NCBI GenBank assembly: GCA_937960645.1
Contig: CALGPJ010000009.1
Location: 4,522 to 68,521 of the forward strand
DNA from: an uncultured Spirochaetia bacterium
GTDB taxonomy: Bacteria; Spirochaetota; Spirochaetia; JABEVK01
Direction of reading: 5' to 3'
DNA: 64,000 nucleotides
This document shows positions 56,885 through 64,000 of this stretch, in pieces; the first letter of the stretch is position 1; each line of letters opens with the position of its first letter. The notes beneath the pieces are model-generated. The model did no database searches. It was given only the letters and a program-made list of their open reading frames with translations, and was not told the origin of the DNA. A program made the position numbers and the translations under genes.

Positions 56885-58570
56885 ATGAAAACTCTTGTTT
56901 CCTGCCTCATCCTGGGGTTTCTGTTTCTGAGCTGTGCCGGCCAGGGACAAAGTGCCCCCAATCCGAGTCGCTCACAGGGCAGCCCTCGAACGCCGATCGC
57001 ACCCCTGCCACCCACCTCGGACCCCTCCCCGGCTGCCGAAACATTTCGTGATCTGAAGCCCCTCCAACCCGATCCCGCACAGAGCCTGGGAGCGGAGGCC
57101 GCCGACTGGTACGCCGATGCCGTGGGGTACCATATCTGGGTCAACGCCTTTTACGACTCGGACGGGTCGGGGGTCGGTGACCTGAGGGGGATCACGCAAA
57201 AACTGGACTACCTGGCCGATTTGGGTGCGGACCTCGTGTGGCTGTCTCCCTTTTTTGAATCGAGCAGCGAGGCCATCAACCTCCACATGTACGACACCAC
57301 CGATCATTACCGTGTCGACCCGCGCTTCGGGAAAAACGAGGACGTCGACGAGCTGTTGCGCGAAGCTCACCGCCGGGGTATCCGGGTGATTTTCGACTGG
57401 GTTCCCAACCACGTTTCCAACAAGCATCCCTGGTTCCTGCAGAGCTCCCAATCACAAAACGATTACCGCGATTGGTTCGTGTGGCGGGAACGCGCGGGAT
57501 CCCAGCAGGGTCCCTGGGGGCAGCAGGTTTGGCACCGCCACTCCAGCGGCTTTTATTATGGGGTCTTCTGGTCCGGTATGCCGGACATCAATTGGCGTCA
57601 TCAACCTGCCAAGGACGCCATGGTCAACGTGGTGATCCACTGGCTAAACCGGGGCTTCGACGGCATGCGTGTCGATGCGGTCAAATACCTCTACGAGGAC
57701 CCCGCCTCGGTGGCTGGTGGCTATGCCGACCAGCCCGAGACCAAGGCCCTTTTTCAGGCCCTCCGTGCCCAGGTTCTGGACCGCTATGCCGACTACAAAG
57801 ATGGTCGGGGGCGGCCCTTGCACAAAATGATGGTGGCCGAAAACTGGACCAACGACCGCAGCAACCTGCTGAGCTACCTGGTCGTCGATCAAAAACCCGG
57901 TTTTCACATGACTCTGGACTTCGAGTTCGCCTATTTGGCCGATGCCCGAAACATCTTCGGGCTCAAGAGCCTGGGCCTCTGGGCCGCCACCCTACCCGCA
58001 GGGGCACGCACCGCCACCTTCCTTTCCAACCACGACAATGTGGTGGTTCGGCCCATGAGCAAGCACGGGCCGGAAATGATGATTGCCGTGGCGGCCCTTC
58101 AACTCTTGTGGATCGGGACCCCCTTCATCTATTACGGCAATGAGGTCGGCATGCCCGACGCCTCCGGATTCGCCGGTCAATCCCATGCCGACCGCCGCCA
58201 CCGGCAACCCATGGCGTGGGAGCTCGTGGACAAACAAAAGGGAACAGCCGACAGCTTATGGAGTTTCCACAAAACCCTGATCCGCCTGCGAAAAGATCGC
58301 ATCAGCCTGCGCCGCGGGGATATGGCCTTTTTGGAAGGCCCCGACAAGGTTCTCGCCTTTGTGCGCCGCCACCGGGAGCAAAGGACCTTGGTCCTGATCA
58401 ATCTGGGCTCCACGCCTGCTTCGATTTCCAGCCTGGCGCTGCCTTCCCCTGTCTCGGGAAGACAGGTGGCGAAACTGATCGGCTGGGGCAATTCAGATCT
58501 CGGGGTCCGCGGCGGTTCGCTCTTTGGCAATATGCCGGCGGGGGCGGTGGAGGTCTGGGACCTTCCCTAG
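56885..58570 (+). CDS. GH13 alpha-amylase-family lipoprotein
   Basis: Lipobox FLSC, Pro-rich linker, [41 protein letters not shown]. Confidence 0.9.
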   Translation: MKTLVSCLILGFLFLSCAGQGQSAPNPSRSQGSPRTPIAPLPPTSDPSPAAETFRDLKPLQPDPAQSLGAEAADWYADAVGYHIWVNAFYDSDGSGVGDLRGITQKLDYLADLGADLVWLSPFFESSSEAINLHMYDTTDHYRVDPRFGKNEDVDELLREAHRRGIRVIFDWVPNHVSNKHPWFLQSSQSQNDYRDWFVWRERAGSQQGPWGQQVWHRHSSGFYYGVFWSGMPDINWRHQPAKDAMVNVVIHWLNRGFDGMRVDAVKYLYEDPASVAGGYADQPETKALFQALRAQVLDRYADYKDGRGRPLHKMMVAENWTNDRSNLLSYLVVDQKPGFHMTLDFEFAYLADARNIFGLKSLGLWAATLPAGARTATFLSNHDNVVVRPMSKHGPEMMIAVAALQLLWIGTPFIYYGNEVGMPDASGFAGQSHADRRHRQPMAWELVDKQKGTADSLWSFHKTLIRLRKDRISLRRGDMAFLEGPDKVLAFVRRHREQRTLVLINLGSTPASISSLALPSPVSGRQVAKLIGWGNSDLGVRGGSLFGNMPAGAVEVWDLP

Positions 58571-59931
58571 TCCAGCCTCTCGTGCGGCATGAGCCGCCTC
58601 TTGGGACGGAAATAGATCTTGGGAGAATACTCGTACAGGTCCGAAACTCGGGTCATATAGATGCAGGCAAATTCCTCGACCTGCCCGGCATAGCGGCTTT
58701 CCTCGTTGCCTGCCCTCAGGATCTCCCCCCAATGCGCGTTGAAGTGGGAGCGGTAGAGACCGACCTTTTCGGAGATCTCCTGGTTCAACCGGTCCACCTG
58801 CTGAAAAAGCTGCTCCAACCTGCTCCGATCCACCTCCCGGCCCTCGTAGCGCCTCAGATCGATTTGGTTGATTTCATGTTCGATCTTTTCTTTTTCGGTC
58901 ATCAGGGTGTCGATCTCGGCTTGAATCGATCGGGATTTACGGATACTGGCGATTTCGCTTTCCAAATCCTCCAGAACCAGGGCCGTCCGCCAATCGCAGC
59001 GTTTCTTGATCGAGACCACATCACCGTAGATGTGGTCTCCGATGTAGAGGATTTCCCTGCCATCCAGGCCCAGATCCCGCTGCAGGGGCTGAAACCATCC
59101 CCCTTGATAAATCCCCCGAACGATTTTTCCTTCGTGGTTGGACATCAGGCCGGTTTCGGGATCGACTTTGAGGAAGCGTCCCGGATATTCAAAAAACCGG
59201 GGTTTGTCCGCCAGAGTGATGACGATATCGAAGACGTCTCTCCAGGATCGGTGCTTCTTGAGATAGGGATCGATGGTGTGCTCCAGCAGGACCTTAGTGT
59301 AAGAGTAGTCCGAGTTGGTGATGATCATCAGCTTCTTCCCGTAGTCCTTGTACCTTTCCAAAAGCCCAGCCACCTTCGGATCGGTGACGATGAACTTATC
59401 CAGGTTCGCTCGCACCACGGACTTTACCGAGTTGTTGCGGTGCACCATATCCACGGCGTACAGGGCATCGTTGGAAAGATGGCCGTAATCCGGGAGATTT
59501 TCCCCACCCTCCTTGAGTTCCACCAGCATGGAAAACAAGACCCCGGCCGAAATGGCGAAGAGGGTGTCCAGGGGCTGAAAGTTCGGATCTCCCAGATCCA
59601 CCACCACATTCTGATACACCCGCTTCAAAGTGCGAAAATCCAATTGCTTCAAACCGTGGGCAGCCTGTTTGATCTTGCCGAAACGGCTGAGCTTGAGCAG
59701 GTTTCCCCGCTCCTTATCGATCACCAGGCCCACCGTGGCCCGGTCATAATCGAACACGAAGTCCCTGACCGCCGACGGATACCCCAGCTCGTCTACCAGA
59801 TAATTTTTGGCGTGCTGGAAGGTCAGCTCCTCGAAGGCACGCGAATAGTAGCGAACCAGGGTGTAATCCATGTCGAAGCCGATCATCTGGATCTGTTTCA
59901 GGTTGAGGGACCGATTGACGTACACGCTCAT
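58567..59931 (-). CDS. HAD-IG (cN-II-type) 5'-nucleotidase
   Basis: [35 protein letters not shown]. Confidence 0.92.
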   Translation of the reverse strand: MSVYVNRSLNLKQIQMIGFDMDYTLVRYYSRAFEELTFQHAKNYLVDELGYPSAVRDFVFDYDRATVGLVIDKERGNLLKLSRFGKIKQAAHGLKQLDFRTLKRVYQNVVVDLGDPNFQPLDTLFAISAGVLFSMLVELKEGGENLPDYGHLSNDALYAVDMVHRNNSVKSVVRANLDKFIVTDPKVAGLLERYKDYGKKLMIITNSDYSYTKVLLEHTIDPYLKKHRSWRDVFDIVITLADKPRFFEYPGRFLKVDPETGLMSNHEGKIVRGIYQGGWFQPLQRDLGLDGREILYIGDHIYGDVVSIKKRCDWRTALVLEDLESEIASIRKSRSIQAEIDTLMTEKEKIEHEINQIDLRRYEGREVDRSRLEQLFQQVDRLNQEISEKVGLYRSHFNAHWGEILRAGNEESRYAGQVEEFACIYMTRVSDLYEYSPKIYFRPKRRLMPHERLD

Positions 59932-59932
59932 G

Positions 59933-60418
59933 TTATTTTCCTAGCTCCTCGAGAAGTTGGCATTCTTGCAGTCGGAGATACAGGGGCTTTTCGTGGCCCT
60001 TGACGTTGGCTGTGTCGATTTGTTTTAAGGTGTTGTAGGCCTCGTAGGTCAACCTCGCCAGTACGCCCAGGTTTCCGGCAAAGTTTTCTGCACTCATCTG
60101 GGCGATAAGCTGGTCGTTCGGCGATTTGTTGCGGTATGCGGTCTTCACCAGAACGGTGATCTGATCGGTGAGCTGGCTGCGGGCCAGGCTGATGAACAGG
60201 GCCATAGCCCAGAGCATTTTGTACAGCTCGTCCAGGTGGTAGCCCTGCTGGCGAAAGGTCTGGTTTCTCTCGGTCAGCTCTTCGATGGAATTCCAGACCT
60301 CCCGCTCGAGGTGGAGCCTGTGGAACTCCGGTTTGATGTAAGGACTGGCGACATTCTGACGGTAGTGCTGGGCCAATTTTTCCAGCTGATGAAAAAGAAC
60401 GGTATGCTGTACCAGCAT
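59933..60418 (-). CDS. Hypothetical helical protein
   Basis: 161-aa ORF tightly packed between co-oriented genes. Confidence 0.65.
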   Translation of the reverse strand: MLVQHTVLFHQLEKLAQHYRQNVASPYIKPEFHRLHLEREVWNSIEELTERNQTFRQQGYHLDELYKMLWAMALFISLARSQLTDQITVLVKTAYRNKSPNDQLIAQMSAENFAGNLGVLARLTYEAYNTLKQIDTANVKGHEKPLYLRLQECQLLEELGK

Positions 60419-60438
60419 GATCTAGGTCCCGACGTCCA

Positions 60439-61671
60439 TCATTTGGATTTACTGACCTGTCGCGCCTGGTTGATCTTGTCCATTTTGCGATAAAATTTGA
60501 CTTGTTTTTCGATTTCCCAGGTATCTGCAATCATGATTTTGTCTTGTGAGGCCTTGATGTTTGGATCCTTGAGAAGTTCCTTCAGGGCGCTGTTTCCTTC
60601 GGCGGCACTAACACCGACCATTTTGAGCAGCTCTTGAGTCCCAAAACTCAGCTGGTGGGACTGGCCCGATCGGATGGGGATGCGGCTTTTCTCTAATTGA
60701 ATAAGAATGACGTCGTAAAGGCGCCCGGTGAGGTTTTGCATGGTGGTATTCGCCAGCTGTTTGTAGATCAGCCAGATTCGATCGGCGAGGAGGGTGGTCA
60801 ATCGCGTGATGAGCTGGGGCTGCTTTTGGATCATTTGCTGAAAGTTGGCCCTGTTGACCACCAAAAGCTCGCTGTCCTCGTAGGCATCGGCGCTGGCCGA
60901 TCGGGCCTTGTTGTCCAAAAGAGCCATCTCGCCGAAGATATCCCCGGGTTTGAGCATGGCCAAAAGAACTTCCTTGTCGTTGACAATTTTGGAAATCTTG
61001 ACGCTGCCCTTTTGAATGATGTAAAGCTCGTTGCCCGGCTGCCCTTCCGAAAAGATCATGGTATCCTTGGGATAGGTCCGGTTGAATTCGTTGGCCGGAG
61101 CATCGAGGTAGGCCACCTTGGCGTAGGGTTTGATCTTGAGCATCCGCTCCTTGGCCAGGGCCACATTGGAACCGTTGGGGACATTCTTGATATATTGGTA
61201 ATAACTGTAGAAGGCCTGGTTGTACTTGCTTTGCTTCAGGTAATACTCGGCGACCTGAAAAAGGTGGTTGGGATCCTCGGTCTCGGCGCTGTTTTTCAGG
61301 GTCAGTTCGGTGAGCGCCTTGTCAAGGTGGCGCATCCTTTTGCTGAATCCCTGGATGATTTTGAGCGCGACCGGGGCGTTGCGCTCGATGAGTAAACCGT
61401 ACTGGTCACGGTGTACCTGAATGAGGGAAACATCGGTGAGGGCCTGGGCCGTTTCGATGTGGCTATGGTTGCTCATGGTACTGACCACGCCAAAAAAGTC
61501 GCCAGGGTTGAGGATGTCGGACTCTTCCTCCTGAACGATGCTCACCTCTTTGGAAATCCTGACCTTACCGCTGCGAATAATGTAAAAATGGTCCGCATTT
61601 TGTTTCCCCTCGACGATGATATACGCGTCTTTTTTGAAATTGACCAGGGTTAACTGAAGCGGATTATCCAT
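60439..61671 (-). CDS. Tandem cNMP-binding domain protein with central TPR (Crp/Fnr-like)
   Basis: cNMP domain 1 (GDFFGVVS..HIETA), TPR (AEYYLKQSKYNQA..Y..P), cNMP domain 2 (GDIFGEMALLDNKARSASA), HTH-like tail. Confidence 0.85.
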   Translation of the reverse strand: MDNPLQLTLVNFKKDAYIIVEGKQNADHFYIIRSGKVRISKEVSIVQEEESDILNPGDFFGVVSTMSNHSHIETAQALTDVSLIQVHRDQYGLLIERNAPVALKIIQGFSKRMRHLDKALTELTLKNSAETEDPNHLFQVAEYYLKQSKYNQAFYSYYQYIKNVPNGSNVALAKERMLKIKPYAKVAYLDAPANEFNRTYPKDTMIFSEGQPGNELYIIQKGSVKISKIVNDKEVLLAMLKPGDIFGEMALLDNKARSASADAYEDSELLVVNRANFQQMIQKQPQLITRLTTLLADRIWLIYKQLANTTMQNLTGRLYDVILIQLEKSRIPIRSGQSHQLSFGTQELLKMVGVSAAEGNSALKELLKDPNIKASQDKIMIADTWEIEKQVKFYRKMDKINQARQVSKSK

Positions 61672-61711
61672 CGAATCTCCATTTAATTATAGGCAGCCGA
61701 TTCTTGCGCCG

Positions 61712-63007
61712 TCAATTCATTATCGGATCAAGAGGAAATCTTGAACAGAGCTTTTTCACCTCCTCTCCGACATTTTTCACCACCCCAGCATCCCCTTTGG
61801 ATTTCAACACATCGAGGATGAAACGGGCAATTTGCTCCATTTCCGCCTCTTTCATCCCCCGGGTGGTAACGGCCGGTGTGCCAATTCGGACACCAGAAGT
61901 CACCGCGGGACTTTGTTGGTCAAATGGTATCGCGTTTTTATTGACGGTGATGTGGGCCTGGTCCAGCCATTCCTGAGCCTCCTTCCCGGTGACACCCAGC
62001 GGTGTCAAATCGACACAAAAGAGGTGGTTATCGGTACCGCCGCTCACGATTCGGGCTCCGCCCTCCTTCATGAACTTCGCCAAAGCGCGGGAGTTGGCAA
62101 GGACATTCTTTTGATACTCGATGAATCCGGGAGTGGTCGCCTCGTGGAAGGCCACAGCCTTGGCCGCGATGATGTGCATGAGGGGTCCGCCCTGAATGCC
62201 CGGGAAGATGGTCCCGTCCAGAATTTCGCTCCAGGTTTTTTTGCGCCCACTCTTGGGGGCGATGATTCCGAGGGTGTTCTCCCCATCCCGGCCCACCAAA
62301 ACCAGCCCGCCGCGGGGACCGCGAAGGGTTTTGTGGGTTGTTGTGGTGGTGATGTGGCTGTGTGGGACCGGCGTCGGATAGAGGCCCGCGGCGACGAGTC
62401 CGGCCACGTGGGCCATGTCGGTCAACAGGATGGCCCCCACCTCGTCAGCGATGCGGCGAAATTGCTCGAAATCCAGGACCCTGCTGTAGGAGCTGAAGCC
62501 TGCAACGATCATCCTGGGACGGTGCTGCCGGGCAAGCTGGGCGATGTTGTCGTAATTCACCTGCTCGGTTTCACGGTCCACGCCGTACGATACCACTTTA
62601 TAAAGCTTGCCCGAAAAATTGGCCGGTGATCCATGGGTGAGGTGCCCGCCCTGGGCCAGGTCCATCCCAAGAATCGTGTCACCAGGCTTCAGAAAACTGA
62701 AATACACTCCCATGTTGGCCTGGGATCCACTGTGGGGCTGGACGTTGGCATAATCGGCCTGGAAAAGGATTTTGGCACGTTCTCGGGCGAGTTCCTCCAC
62801 CTCGTCGACATACTCACAACCGCCGTAATAACGCTTGCCCGGGTATCCCTCGGCGTACTTGTTGGTCAGGACGCTGCCGGCAGCTTCGAGTACCGCCCCG
62901 CTCACGATATTCTCCGAGGCGATGAGCTCGAGGTTGTGCTCCTGACGCATCCTTTCCCGATGCATCGCCTGAAAAAGCTCCGGGTCGAGTTTTTGAATTT
63001 TTTGCAT
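61712..63007 (-). CDS. glyA: Serine hydroxymethyltransferase
   Basis: [49 protein letters not shown]. Confidence 0.97.
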   Translation of the reverse strand: MQKIQKLDPELFQAMHRERMRQEHNLELIASENIVSGAVLEAAGSVLTNKYAEGYPGKRYYGGCEYVDEVEELARERAKILFQADYANVQPHSGSQANMGVYFSFLKPGDTILGMDLAQGGHLTHGSPANFSGKLYKVVSYGVDRETEQVNYDNIAQLARQHRPRMIVAGFSSYSRVLDFEQFRRIADEVGAILLTDMAHVAGLVAAGLYPTPVPHSHITTTTTHKTLRGPRGGLVLVGRDGENTLGIIAPKSGRKKTWSEILDGTIFPGIQGGPLMHIIAAKAVAFHEATTPGFIEYQKNVLANSRALAKFMKEGGARIVSGGTDNHLFCVDLTPLGVTGKEAQEWLDQAHITVNKNAIPFDQQSPAVTSGVRIGTPAVTTRGMKEAEMEQIARFILDVLKSKGDAGVVKNVGEEVKKLCSRFPLDPIMN

Positions 63008-63018
63008 GGGGTCCCCTT

Positions 63019-63969
63019 TCAATAAAAACCTGTAACCTCGACAGCATGCCAGAAGATGCCTTCTTTATCAAGACCGCCTCCATCCCCCTTCGATTCCACT
63101 CCGATGACGGCCGACTCCCCCTGACGTTCTAAGACGAGGCGCTTGCCATCGAGCTCGGCAAAATAGGATCGCAGGGGATCGGCCGGACGCTGAAATCCCT
63201 CGGGAGAATAACCGGAACCCAGGTAGGGATCGGCCCCCACCCAGCCGACCCCGGGAAGGTAGAACTCCACCCAAACGTGGGGAACGAGTTGCCGCGTGGT
63301 GAGAACGAGAAAACCCCGGACCCAGCGGGCGGGGATTTTGGACGCACGAAGCAGGGCCACCAGGGCCTGAACTCCCTGAAGAACGCTTCCACGCCCGAGC
63401 CGCAGCGCATCCAGGGCAGTCGGGGGAGCGGGCTCGTTCCAACGGAAGTTTTGAGCCAGCCAATAATAGAGACCTCGGGCCCTCTTGTAGGGGCCCCTGG
63501 TGGGAGATGGCCAGCCACCGGTGTTGGTGGAAAGGGTGCGGACAAATTCGTTGTTCCAGGGTATTTCCTCGTCCGACAGGAGATAAGGGGCAATAGCGGG
63601 AAACACGGTGACTTCCGGGGTGTCATACGATCGCAGACGAAGGCTCGACTGAAAGGTCACATAAATGGCCTCCCAGTCCGCGACAATCTGTCCTCTGAGT
63701 CGGGCGGGTACCTTCCACCAGAGAACGCCCTGTTCCAGACTGGAGGTTCCTAACTCGTTTCCCGGCTGCCGCGCAACGATGAATCCCCGTTGCATCCAAT
63801 CCTCGGCGAAACCCATCACCGGCACGAGGCGGTCCGCCGACTCCCCGACGGTCCAATTGGCCTCTATCCTTCGAGCGAGCAGATACTGACGACCGTTTTT
63901 GAGTTCGAGGCTCCCTACCTGTGTGCCAATCTCGAAAAAAACACCGGAGGAGAAGCCCTCCCGGGTCAA
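63019..63969 (-). CDS. Transglutaminase-like domain protein (start uncertain, may extend beyond the window)
   Basis: [34 protein letters not shown]. Confidence 0.75.
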   Translation of the reverse strand: MTREGFSSGVFFEIGTQVGSLELKNGRQYLLARRIEANWTVGESADRLVPVMGFAEDWMQRGFIVARQPGNELGTSSLEQGVLWWKVPARLRGQIVADWEAIYVTFQSSLRLRSYDTPEVTVFPAIAPYLLSDEEIPWNNEFVRTLSTNTGGWPSPTRGPYKRARGLYYWLAQNFRWNEPAPPTALDALRLGRGSVLQGVQALVALLRASKIPARWVRGFLVLTTRQLVPHVWVEFYLPGVGWVGADPYLGSGYSPEGFQRPADPLRSYFAELDGKRLVLERQGESAVIGVESKGDGGGLDKEGIFWHAVEVTGFY

Positions 63970-64000
63970 AACACGCAGGGTCCCCGAGGTAGCCCCGGTG

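Noticed and set aside
58216..60003. 595-aa plus-strand ORF
   Set aside because: Antisense shadow of the well-supported 5'-nucleotidase; no motifs; expected with GC-rich codon bias

Overview
GC-rich bacterial chromosome segment, very probably from a spirochaete (class Spirochaetia). The evidence is tandem periplasmic flagellar core genes flaB-flaB-flaG-fliD followed by tsaE/tsaB, a stand-alone groEL, and a six-gene mevalonate operon in the Borrelia order. About 60 genes are present, mostly housekeeping (type III glutamine synthetase, miaB, fcl, metK, manC, groEL, mnmA, serC/serA, sodA, glyA), plus one tRNA-Pro(GGG). No rRNA, CRISPR array, integrase or transposase was seen. Best candidates for undescribed or unusual biology: (1) a four-gene envelope module (15088-20981) encoding a CHASE2 adenylate cyclase, a secreted FecR-like/TPR protein, an exported caspase-family protease with an intact His-Cys dyad and a hydrophobic C-terminal hairpin, and a beta-propeller lipoprotein broken at a G6 tract; (2) an AT-rich, integrase-less, two-cassette integron-like array (attC-like hairpins, a PD-(D/E)XK nuclease pseudogene and vapBC) between groEL and flaB; (3) a membrane-anchored CheZ-like protein paired with CheY; (4) a sigma54 activator lacking its HTH, and phased TAC-N6-GTAG sites upstream of a sigma54 promoter for glutamine synthetase; (5) a Rex paralogue with a degenerate NAD(H) motif, a Rex box and serC-serA; (6) widespread apparently leaderless gene starts. 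All product calls come from reading motifs by eye; no database searches were run.
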